Positions 11,106-21,882 of a stretch of 64,000 bases of DNA are shown one piece after another (positions within the stretch are counted from its first letter, which is position 1; each line of letters begins with the position of its first letter). The stretch comes from an uncultured Phycisphaerales bacterium (GTDB lineage: Bacteria; Planctomycetota; Phycisphaerae; Tepidisphaerales; Tepidisphaeraceae). Below the pieces are notes generated by a model. The model was not told where the DNA came from. It ran no database searches and worked only from the letters and a program-made list of their open reading frames with translations. Both the position numbers and the translations under genes were made by a program. The stretch spans positions 4,977,156-5,041,155 of the forward strand of contig CAVWVQ010000003.1 in the NCBI GenBank assembly GCA_963758525.1, given 5' to 3'.

Positions 11106-13907
11106 ATGCCGCGCACATCCTGGTTGAAGAAGTCCTGCCGTTCCGCCTCTATAGGAACGATGCCGCTCGCGATACGCTTGCGACACGCTATGCGGCCGGT
11201 TCTCGAAGCGTTGGAACCCAGGCGGTTGCTTTCGTCGTACACGGTCAGCAACACCAATGTGACCGGGTCGGGAAGCCTCACCAATGCCATCAACTCTGCG
11301 GTCGCGAACGGCGGCACGTCCACGATCACCTTCAGCGGAGTGGCGAGCAATTCCTCGATCAACCTCGGTTCAGGTGACGCCAACTTGAACGCCGCCATGT
11401 ATGGGCCGACGGCATACTTCATCCACGGCAGTGCCGGGACGCAGATCACCATCGATGGCTCAGGCGCGCCGGGTCTGGCGATAGACGGGGGTAACGATCT
11501 TCGGTTGTTCGCGGTGACGAGCGGCAACACGCTGATACTCAAGAACCTGTCGGTTTCAGATGGTTTGGCATCAGGCGGTGACGGAGGCGGCATCGCGGGC
11601 GGCGGCGGCGCGGGGCTCGGCGGCGCAGTCTACGATGATGGGGGCACGTTCACGGCTCAAGCCTGCACCTTCAGCAACAACGTAGCCTCTGGAGGAAACG
11701 GGGGCGAAGGGTCCGGGGACGGGGGTGGAGGCGGCATGGGAGCGCAAGCCGTCGGCTTTGACGCCAGCAATGGCGGCGGGGGCGGTGGACAGGCTGGCGG
11801 GACTGGAGGCCAAGGCGGCCCCGGCGGATTTGGTAGCGGAGGCGGGGACGGTGCCCCCGGAATCGCGGCGTACCAAACAACGACTGGGGCGGGCTCGTCC
11901 GGAGGCGGCAACATCCACCAACATTCGGCCGCATCTGGCGGCAGTGGCGGTGCCGGCGGATTTGGCGGCGGCGGCGGCGGAGGCGGTCCGGCTGATAGCG
12001 GTCCTCGGGGCGGCCCCGGGGGCACGGGAGGCTTCGGCGGCGGAGGCGGAGGGGGCGGCACCAAGTTCGGGAGCGCCGGGTCGGCCGGCTTCGGTGGTGG
12101 TGCTGGCGGCGGCGGCGGCAGCGTTCAGCAGACCGGCGGCAGCGGCGGCGGAGGCGCGGGCCTCGGCGGCGGGATCTTCGCCAACGGCGGCGCGATCACT
12201 CTCAACGATGACACTTTTAACGATAACTCGGCCATCGGCGGTGCAGGCGCCAACAGCGGCCAAGGGTTGGGCGGCGCTGTTTTCGCCCGCAACGCCACCC
12301 TTACCGCCCTGAACGACACCTTCAGCGGGAACACCGCCGATCAGGGTGCTCGCGGCGTTTACCTTCTCGGCGATGGCGCGTCCGCGTCGGCAACCATCAG
12401 CAATACCATCATCGCGCAGAGCGACACCGCCGTCACCGACTTCGTTGCTTCCTCTCTGAACGGCGGAACGAGTTCCACGAGCGGCGTCGGCAACCTCATC
12501 GGTTCGCAGACCGGTTTCAGCGGCACCATCGTCAGCAGCGCAAATCCGCAGTTGTCGCCGCTGGCTGCCAACGGCGGCCCGTCCGAGACGATGGCCCCCA
12601 GCAAGACCAGTCCCGCGGTCGGCGCCGGCAACCTCGCGGCGAGCTCGAGCCTGAAACAGGATCAGCGCGGCTTGCCGCGCCTCAGGAACAACAACTCGCT
12701 GGATATTGGAGCCTACGAGATACAGGATTCCGAAACCACTACTACTTCCCTTGCAAAGAACACGACTGCTGCGGTCACATACGGACAGAGCGTCACATTC
12801 ACGGCGACGCCAGCGGTTGTGAGCCCCGGCACGGGCACCCCCACCGGAACAGTCAAGTTTGAAAACGGCTCGGTTGTGATTGGAACCGTCACGCTGAACA
12901 ACGGGATCGCGACCCTCCCGATCAATCTGCCTGCAGGCAAGTATGCGATCACGGCGGTCTACAGCGGCGATCCCACGTTCGTTGCGAGCACCTCTGGATC
13001 GGTCACTCAGACCGTGAATATGGCGGGCACGACCACCACGCTCACCAAGAGCAGCTCCACCGCCCTGCACTACGGCCAGAGCATTACCTTTACCGCCAAG
13101 TCGGTCGCCGTCAGCCCCGGCTCGGGGACGGCCGCTGGCATCGTGACGTTCGAGGCTGGAACCACGGTGCTCGGCTCCACTACGCTCAGCGGCGGCGTAG
13201 CCAAGTTCACCACAACCGCAGTTCCCGCAGGCAGCAATTCGATCAAAGCTGTCTACGGCGGCAGCGTCAATTTCGTGACCAGCACATCTGGTTCACTTAG
13301 CCAGACGATTACTCCGACGGCGACAACCACTAAACTGACCAAGAACACGACCGCGGCTGTCAAGTTCGGCCAAAACGTGACGTTTACCGCGACGCTGGCT
13401 CCCGTCAGCCCCGGCGCCGGAGCGCCCTTTGGCACTGTCACCTTTATGGACGGCTCGAACTCCATTGGAACCGCTGCCCTAAGCGGCGGCATCGCAACGC
13501 TGACAGTCGGCTCACTTCCCCCGGGAAGCAATTCGATCTCGGCGGTCTACGGCGGCAACGCCGACTACACCACCAGCAAGTCAGGGGCGATCGCGCAGAC
13601 CGTCACGCAAGCGGCAACGACCATCAAGTTGACCAAGAGCGCGACGGCGGCGATTCATTACGGCCAGAGCGTGACGTTGACCGCTGCAGTTGCCGCGGTG
13701 AGTCCCAGCACCGGAGTACCAGTGGGGATGGTAACCTTCTTCGACAACGGCAACTCCATCGGCACCGGCACGCTTGCAGGCGGCGTCGCGACGCTCACGA
13801 CGAGCACGCTCCCTTTCGGCACCAACTCCCTCACCGCCGGCTACAGTGGAAACGCGGACTACGCGCAAAGCATGTCGGACGAGCTGACTCAGACTGTCAC
13901 GGGTTAG
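11106..13907 (+). CDS. Large secreted surface protein, paralogue D: Gly-rich head, choice-of-anchor-Q-like region without insert, four Ig-like repeats; intact
   Basis: Single 933-aa ORF with EALEPRRLLS leader, GGxGGFGGGGG repeats, NGGPSETMA...DQRGLPR...DIGAYE and Ig repeats. Confidence 0.9.
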   Translation: MPRTSWLKKSCRSASIGTMPLAIRLRHAMRPVLEALEPRRLLSSYTVSNTNVTGSGSLTNAINSAVANGGTSTITFSGVASNSSINLGSGDANLNAAMYGPTAYFIHGSAGTQITIDGSGAPGLAIDGGNDLRLFAVTSGNTLILKNLSVSDGLASGGDGGGIAGGGGAGLGGAVYDDGGTFTAQACTFSNNVASGGNGGEGSGDGGGGGMGAQAVGFDASNGGGGGGQAGGTGGQGGPGGFGSGGGDGAPGIAAYQTTTGAGSSGGGNIHQHSAASGGSGGAGGFGGGGGGGGPADSGPRGGPGGTGGFGGGGGGGGTKFGSAGSAGFGGGAGGGGGSVQQTGGSGGGGAGLGGGIFANGGAITLNDDTFNDNSAIGGAGANSGQGLGGAVFARNATLTALNDTFSGNTADQGARGVYLLGDGASASATISNTIIAQSDTAVTDFVASSLNGGTSSTSGVGNLIGSQTGFSGTIVSSANPQLSPLAANGGPSETMAPSKTSPAVGAGNLAASSSLKQDQRGLPRLRNNNSLDIGAYEIQDSETTTTSLAKNTTAAVTYGQSVTFTATPAVVSPGTGTPTGTVKFENGSVVIGTVTLNNGIATLPINLPAGKYAITAVYSGDPTFVASTSGSVTQTVNMAGTTTTLTKSSSTALHYGQSITFTAKSVAVSPGSGTAAGIVTFEAGTTVLGSTTLSGGVAKFTTTAVPAGSNSIKAVYGGSVNFVTSTSGSLSQTITPTATTTKLTKNTTAAVKFGQNVTFTATLAPVSPGAGAPFGTVTFMDGSNSIGTAALSGGIATLTVGSLPPGSNSISAVYGGNADYTTSKSGAIAQTVTQAATTIKLTKSATAAIHYGQSVTLTAAVAAVSPSTGVPVGMVTFFDNGNSIGTGTLAGGVATLTTSTLPFGTNSLTAGYSGNADYAQSMSDELTQTVTG

Positions 13908-14067
13908 TTGCTAATGAAAAAAAAACTGATGAATTCATGACCTTTCCGCCGCATTACGCCCAATCGTATGCATTTAAAGCCGGTCGTCGTGGCGCGGCTT
14001 GAGTCTGATCGTTCCACACGTTTTGCCCCACTGGAATTGTCGGGCACATTTTATGAAGGTGAGCTTC

Positions 14068-16848
14068 ATGGCCCGCAACACGTCGCTTCAGAAAAAGTCA
14101 GACCATCTTTCCTTCGTCCGGCTGAGTCATCGAGCGCGGCGCTTGCACCCACGCTTTGCGGCCCATCCTCGAAGCGTTGGAACCCAGGCGGTTGCTTTCG
14201 TCGTACGTGGTCACCAACACCAGCGCGAGCGGATCAGGAAGCCTCACCGATGCCGTTAGCGCGGCGGTGGCGAACGGCGGCGCGTCCACGATCACCTCCA
14301 GCGGAGTACCCAGCGATTCCCCGATTCACCTCAATTCCGACGACGCCAACCCCGATGGCGCGGTAGAGGGGCCCACGGTGTTCGTCATCGACGGCAGCGC
14401 TGGGACCCAAATTACAATCAATGGCTCCGGCGCCCGGGGTTTGGTAATAGGCGGGGGCTTCTATGTTCGCTTGTTCTCGATTTTCAGCGGCAATACGCTG
14501 ACGCTTAAAAACCTCTCCGTTTCGGCTGGTTTTGCAGCGGGCGGTGAAGGGGGCGGCGCCTCGGGCGGGGGCGGCGCCGGGCTCGGCGGCGCGGTCTACG
14601 ATGACGGCGTTACGTTCACGGCTCAAGGCTGCACTCACCAACAACGTAGCCTCGGGAGGATACGGGGGCGGAGGGTCCGGAAACGGCGGCGGAGGCGGCC
14701 TGGGAACGGGAGCCGACGGCTTTGACGACAGTAATGGCGGCGGAGGCGGCGGCGAGCTTGGTGGGGCCGGCGGCGGAGGCGGAGGCGGTGGATTTGGTGG
14801 CGGAGGCGGGGATAATACCGCCGCGGGAGTGCCAACGGTGCGTACAACAACTCCCACACCCAACGGTGGCCATTTCACGAACACGATACCGGGCGGTACC
14901 GGCGGCGCAGGCGGTGGCGGAGGATTTGGCGGAAGCGGCGGCGGCGGCGGTCCGGCGGCGGGCGGCCCTCGGGGCGGCCGCGGGGGCAACGGAGGGTTCG
15001 GCGGAGGCGGGGGCGGAGGCGGCACCGGCTACGGGAGCGGCGGGTCGTCCGGGTTCGCTGGCGGTTACGGCGGCGGCGGACAGGGCGGCGGCGCCGGCGG
15101 CGGCGGCGCGGGCCTCGGCGGCGGGATCTTCGCTAACGGCGGCACGATCACCCTCAACGATGACACCTTTAACGATAACGCGGCAATCGGCGGCAACGGC
15201 GCCAGCAATGGCCAGGGGTTGGGCGGCGCCGTTTTTGTCCGCAACGGTACGCTGAATGCCTTGAACGACACCATCAGCGGGAACACCGCCGACCAGGGTG
15301 GTCGCGGCTTCTACATTCTCGCCGATGGCGCATCGGCTTCGGCGACCATCAACAATACCATCATCGCGCAGAGCGACACCTCCGTCACCGACTTCGTGGC
15401 TTCCGACAATGGCGGCGGAACGACCACCAGCGGGGTCGGCAACCTCATCGGGTCGCAGAGCGGCTTCAGCGGCACCATCGTGAGCAGCGCGGATCCGCAG
15501 CTATCGCAGCTGGCCGACAACGGCGGCCCGTCCGAGACGATGGCCCTGAGCATCAACAGCCCTGCCGTCGGCGCCGGCAACCTCGCGGCGGCCTCCGGCC
15601 TCAAGCAGGACCAGCGCGGCCTGCCGCGCCTCAGGAACAACAACTCGCTTGATATTGGAGCCTACGAGCTTCAGGATTCCGAGAAGACCACCACCTCTCT
15701 TGCAAAAAATACGAGTGCTCCGATTACGTACGGTCAGAGCGTCACATTTACGGCGACCTTGGCGGTTGTGAGTCCCGGCTCCGGCACACCCACCGGGACC
15801 ATAAAATTTGAAAACGGCTCGACTGTGATCGGCACCGTCGCGCTCAACAACGGGATCGCAACGCTCACCACCACGCTTCCCGCGGGAAGCAATTCGATCA
15901 AGGCCGTCTACAGCGGCGACCCCAACTTCACCACCAGCACTTCTGGTTCCCTCACCCAGACGGTTCATCAGGCGGCAACGACCACCACATTGACCAAGAA
16001 TAGACAGCTGCCATCACCATACGGGCAGAGCGTCACGTTCACCGCGAAGGCCGTGGCGAGCCCCGGCGCCGGAACTCCCAGTCGGCGTCGTCAGCTTCAT
16101 GGACGGCACAACCCTGCTCGGAACTGGCACGCTCAGCGGCGGCATTGCGACATTCACCACCACCATGATTCCCGCCGGGAGCAATTCGATCAAGGCGGTC
16201 TATGGCGAGCGATACCAACTTTACCACCAGCACATCTGGTTCTCTCACTCAGACGGTTAGCAAGTCCGCCACGACCACCAAATTGACCAAGAGCAGCACG
16301 ACCGTCCCGAAGCTTGGCCAGAGCGTGACGTTCACCGCGACGCTGGCCGCCGTCAGCCCCGGCGCGGGCACGTCTACCGGCGCCGTCACGTTCAAGGACG
16401 GCTCCGCCACGCTTGGCACCGGCACGCTCAGTGGCGGGGTTGCCACATTCTCAACCGCGTCGCTCTCCGTTGGCAGCCATTCGATCACCGCCGTCTACGG
16501 CGGCGACACAAACTTCACCACGAGCACTTCCAGTTCCCTGCACAGACGGTGAACAAGTCCGCGACAACAACGAAGCTGACCAAGAACACGACCACCGCCA
16601 TCCACTCCGGCCAGAGCGTCACGTTTACCGCCGCTCACGGCTGTAGCCCGGCGCTGGGACGCCAAGCGGAATCGTCACCTTCTACGACAATGGCGCCACG
16701 ATCGGCACGGGCACGCTCAGCGGCGGGATCGCCACTGTCGACGGTGACGCTGCCGGTCGGCAGCAACGCGATCACCGCTGTCTACGGCGGAAACGACATG
16801 ATTCATACCAGCACGTCCGGATCCCTCAGCCAGACGGTGGACTCTTGA
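14068..16848 (+). CDS. Large secreted surface protein, paralogue E (close copy of D); multiply frameshifted (errors or pseudogene)
   Basis: ATG 14068 gives MARNTSLQKKS, parallel to D's MPRTSWLKKS. Pieces 14156..14725, 14532..16286, 16202..16552 and 16549..16848 are collinear with D. Ends SQTVDS*. Confidence 0.75.
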
Positions 16849-16937
16849 GAGCACTGGCAATGATTGTCGGCTGGATCGCATGACGCAATTATTGTTTTGG
16901 TGAGGAGGGGCCATGCCGCCCGCCGGCAAGTCCCGTA

Positions 16938-17183
16938 TTGTCCGGCGGCCAAGGCCTTGGTCTTCACAACCGGCGCATCACCTCGGGCCTTAGCGGCACG
17001 GCCTTTGGCAACGTGCCGCTGCAATCAAGGGACAGCACCGCCGACGGCGTGATTCTACTTCCCAACGGGAATATCGTCGTTGGCATCACGCGTTCTCGTT
17101 ACGCATCGGCGAAAAACGATTTTATGCTTGCTTCCGAACGCGGCTTTGATAATCTCCCCCGCGACTCAATTCACACCCTTTGA
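16938..17183 (+). pseudogene. Possible remnant of a delta-60-type beta-propeller repeat
   Basis: STADGVILLPNGNIVVG...NDFML resembles one A.AVALQPDGKIVVAG...DF.L repeat. No full gene is present. Confidence 0.35.
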
Positions 17184-17348
17184 GAATTGATGTTCGGCTC
17201 ATCAGGGTGCTGCGCCGGGTTGCCTGGGGCATCCGGCATTTGCTCATTTCAACTCCTTTTTTTGACGCCGTGGCGGATTGTACGACGACGGGGAGCTGGG
17301 CAGCTCAACCTCGTTTGATGCGATTCTCCGCGGAGGGAACAGTACATC

Positions 17349-20300
17349 ATGATCTTCCAGAAGCGCAGCGGTGCTTCCAAGTCTCTTGGCGCGAAGCAGG
17401 CCATTCGTCGTTGTGTCGATATCGAGGCTTTGGAATGTCGGCGGCTGCTGACGGCGATCATTGTAACGACCGCCGACGACTCCACGTCGCACAGCGGCGA
17501 ATCGCTGCGCGATGCCATTACCACGGCCAACACCGACGCGTCCAACGGCGCTTCGGATACGATCACCTTCGATGCCACTCTGAATGGACAAACGATCGCG
17601 CTCGAGCAGGGAGTGCTGGAGTTGCGCAAGCACGCAAGGCCAGATCACAATCGACGGCGGCAATCAGATCACGGTCAGCGGCAACAACGCCAGCAGCGGC
17701 TTCCAAATCGACTCGGGGAGCGACGACATCTTGATCGGCTTGACGATCACGGGTGGCAGTTCAACGGGATCCGGCGGCGGCATCGTGAACAACGGCACGC
17801 TCGTGATCCTCAACAGCACGGTTTCCGGTAACACCACGACTATGCTCGGCGGCGGCATCTATAACAACGGCGCGCTGGAGATCGCTAATAGTACGATCTC
17901 CGATAACTCGGCCCCGCAAGCCGAGGGTGGCGGGATTGAAAACGCCGGCGCGCTGCTGCTGGGGAATTGCACGCTCTCGGGAAATTTAGCCGCGTATGAC
18001 GGCGGCGCAATCGATAGCGGCCAAACCGTGGCAACCGTGACGGTGGTCGGTTCGACCTTTTCCGATAACAGCAGCGATGCCGCCGCCAGCGACGGCGGCG
18101 CTATCAGTAATGACGCCAGTGGTTCCATGACGCTCAGCAACTCCACGATCTCGGAAAACTCCGCGGTTGGGGACGGCGGAGGAATCAGAAACGGCGGTAC
18201 TCTGACAATCAGCAACTCCACCCTCTCCGGGAACACCGCGAGCGCCGGCGGCGGTGGCGGCATCAATAACGCGGGAATTCTCAGGTTGCTGAGTACCATC
18301 GTAGCGGGCAACTCCGACTCCGTTGGCGACGCGGACGTCAAGGGAACCGTCCAAAGCACCAGCACGCACAACCTCATCGGCGACGGCCAAGGCACGACCG
18401 GCATCACCAATGGTTCGAACGGGAACCAGATCGGCGCCAGCGGCAGCCCGATCAATCCGCGTTTGGCGCCTTTGGCCTATTACGGAGCCACAACGCAGAC
18501 GATGCCGCTCCTGGGGGGAAGTCCGGCGATCAACGCCGGGGGGCCGCTGACCAGTCTCACTCAAAGCATCACGCCCACGGCAACAACAATCCCCGTCGCC
18601 TTGGCGGCGGCAATTGCCAGCACGTTCACCGGCAGCTTGATCCAGATCGACAGTGAACAAATGCTCGTCACCGATGTGAGCGGAAACAACCTGATTGTCG
18701 CGCGCGGTTACAACGGCACCATGGCAGCCGCGCACAACTCAGGCGCCACGGTGAATCTCCCCACCGATCAGATCGGCCAGTCGCGGGTCGGCGCTGCGGA
18801 CATCGGCGCGTATGAGGCACAGTCGCCATTTGGATCTCAGATTGTGACCACCGTTTCCGACGCCGCAATTCATACCGGCATTTCGCTGCGCGATGCTCTG
18901 GCGCTGGCCGGAGGCGATGCGTCCAACGGAGTTTCGGACACGATCAGCTTCGCTCCGGGTCTCAACGGGAAGACAATTATCTTGCGCAGGGGCAGCTGGA
19001 ACTGGGCGGCAACGGCAGCGGCGAGATTACGATCAATGGCGGCAATCAAATCACGGTCAGCGGCAACGGCGCCAGCGGGGTTTTTGGCGTTGACTCCGGG
19101 GTCAATGCCAGCATCAACGGCCTGACGATTACCGGCGGCAATGCCAGCGGCACCGGCGGCGGGATCGACAACAGTGGCACCCTCGACATCAGCAACTCCA
19201 TGTTCTCGGTGAACTCGGCCTCGGAGGGGGGCGGGATTTACAATACTGCCAGCCTGAGCATCAGCAACTGCACGTTTTCGGCAAACTCAGCCACGTACGG
19301 CGGCGGGATTTTCAATAGCGGGATGCTGTCAGCGAGCACTACCACATTCACCGGAAACTCAGCTTCCAACGGCGGCGGCCTGCTCAGTGCGAACGCCTCG
19401 ACCGTCAACGCGTGCGCCTTTATCCAGAACTCCGCGGTGAGCGCCGGTGGTGGAATCGCCGCCGGGGGCGATATGACCATTTCCAACTCCACGTTTTCCG
19501 GCAACCTCGCCAACGCTGTCGGTGGCGGCGTGTACTGCGAGACAGGGGCGTTCGTGACGGTAGGCAATACAACGATCTACGCAAACTCCGGCTCGAACGG
19601 AGGAGGAGGCATTTTTGTGGAGCCCACGGGCGCCGATACCACGCTGCTGAACAGCCTCGTTGCCGACAACCGCACCAATACTGAATCCAATGGCCCGGAC
19701 ATCAATGGGATTTTGCAAAATACCAGCACGTTCAACCTCGTTGGCGATGGCACTGCGATGAGCTACGTCATCAATGGCTACAACGGCAATATCGTCGGCA
19801 CCAGCGCCAGTCCCATCGCTCCCGGGCTCTTGCCGCTCGACTACAACGGCGGCCCAACCGAGACAATGGCGCTCCTGGCGAACAGCCCGGCGCGTCATGC
19901 CGGCGGGCGCCTGACCAGCCTGAGCGCTGCCGTGACGTCCACAGCGAGCAGTATTCCAGTGGGCTTCCGAGCCGCCATCGCCAGCACACCTGGTAGTTAC
20001 GTTATCCAGGTCGAGGGCGAGCAGATGCTCGTCACCAACGTCAGCGGCAACAATCTGACCGTGACGCGCGGGTACAACGGCACAACCGCCGTTGCGCACG
20101 GCCTGGGTGCGAAAGTCTACCTCGCCACCGACCAGACCGGCGCGCCGCGGGCCGGCGCTGCGGACATCGGGGCGTACCAGTATCAAACGGTCAACAGCGC
20201 CGTCAATCCGCTCCCCGCGACCGAGTCGAGCATCAGCTTCCCCGTCTCCTGGACGGGCGCGCCCGGCACGGAAGATTACCCCATCTCCTACTATTCAATT

Positions 20301-21629
20301 TACGTCTCCAACGACGATGCGCCGTTCACGCTCTGGAAGCACAACACAACATCCACCAGCGGCACATTCACCGGTGTCAACGGCGACACCTACCGCTTCT
20401 ACAGCATTGCCACCGATTCCAATGGTGACGTCCAGATCACGCCGCCGCCGCAGGCGACGACGACCATCACCGTGCCGGCGCCCGCGGCCATCACCAGCGC
20501 CAGCGCCGCGTACATGATCGTCGGGGCTTCCAGCCCGTTTACCGTTACCGCCACCGGTTACCCGATGCCGACATTCAGCGAAACGGGGACACTGCCGGGC
20601 GGACTGACGTTCAATACGACGACCGGCGTGCTGGGCGGCACGCCCGCCACCGGCACGGTCGGCAGCTATTCCCTGACCATCGGCGCTTCCAATGACGTTG
20701 GCGCCCCCGCGAGCCAGCCGTTCACGCTCACCATCGCCAAATCACCGGCGAAAACCACGCTGACCAAGAACACCACCGGCGCCACGAAGTACGGGCAAAG
20801 CGTCACGTTCACCGCGGCTGTGGCTCCAACCGCCACCAACTCGATTACCCCGACCGGCACGGTCAGTTTCCAGGACGGCGCCACGGTCTTGGGGACCGCA
20901 ACGCTCAGCGGCGGCAAAGCGACTTTCACCACCAGTTCGCTCGCCGTTGCCAGCCATTCCATCACCGCCGTCTACGCCGGCGACGGCAACTTCACCACCA
21001 GCACATCCAGCGCATCGACGCAAACGGTCAGCAAGGCGTCGACTACCACCACCCTGACCAAAAACACCACCGGCGCCACTAAGTTCGGCCAGAGCGTGAC
21101 ATTCACGGCAAAGCTTGCCGCCGTCAGTCCCGGCGCGGGCACACCGACCGGCACCGTCACGTTCAAGAATGGCTCGACCACGCTTGGCACAGCCACGCTC
21201 AGCAGCGGCGTCGCGACGCTCACAACCACCGCGCTCCCCGTCGCCAGCAACTCCGTCACCGCCGTCTATGGAGGCGACGCCAACTTCAACACCAGCACGT
21301 CTGGCGCATTGAGCCAGACCGTGAGTCAGTCGGCAACAACCACCAGGCTGACCAAGAACACGACCTCCGCCATCCATTCGGGCCAGAGCGTGACGTTCAC
21401 CGCCACACTGGCGGCGGTGAGTCCCGGCTCCGGAACGCCAAGCGGCATCGTCACCTTCTACGACAACGGCAGCACCGTACTCGGCACCGGCGCACTCACC
21501 GGCGGAATCGCGACGTTCACCACGACGACGCTTCCCCTGGGGAGCAATTCGATCACGGCCAGTTACGGAGGAGACGCCGACTTCTCGGCCAGCACGTCGG
21601 CAGCGCTGAGTCAAACGGTCACGTCATAA
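17349..21629 (+). CDS. Large secreted surface protein, paralogue F (two head modules); two frameshifts
   Basis: MIFQKRS...EALECRRLLT leader. ORFs 17349..17831, 17584..19125 and 19200..21629 join across frameshifts near 17630 and 18990. Two SLRDA/beta-helix/DIGAY modules. Ends SQTVTS*. Confidence 0.85.
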
Positions 21630-21882
21630 CGGTATCTGAATAATCGCCGGCAATTTCGATTCCGCCCGGGAAATAGCTCGCGACGCGGGTGGCGATGTTG
21701 TACTGTTGCCACACCGCACGTGGGCGCGCAAGGGTGGCGTATTCAACTCTTCAGAGCGCGGCAAACGGCGCGGCGGTGCCGCGCACGCAAAATCGCTGCA
21801 GGCGGTGGTGATCGCTTTTACGGGAGACGATCGGCCAACCGCCGTGCTGATTCGCACATCCCCGAGGAAGGCTGCGTGGAGC

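Noticed and set aside
11570..15130. Mycobacterial PE-PGRS genes
   Set aside because: There is no PE domain. The similarity is only low-complexity glycine, and the leader and Ig stalk are of the planctomycete type.
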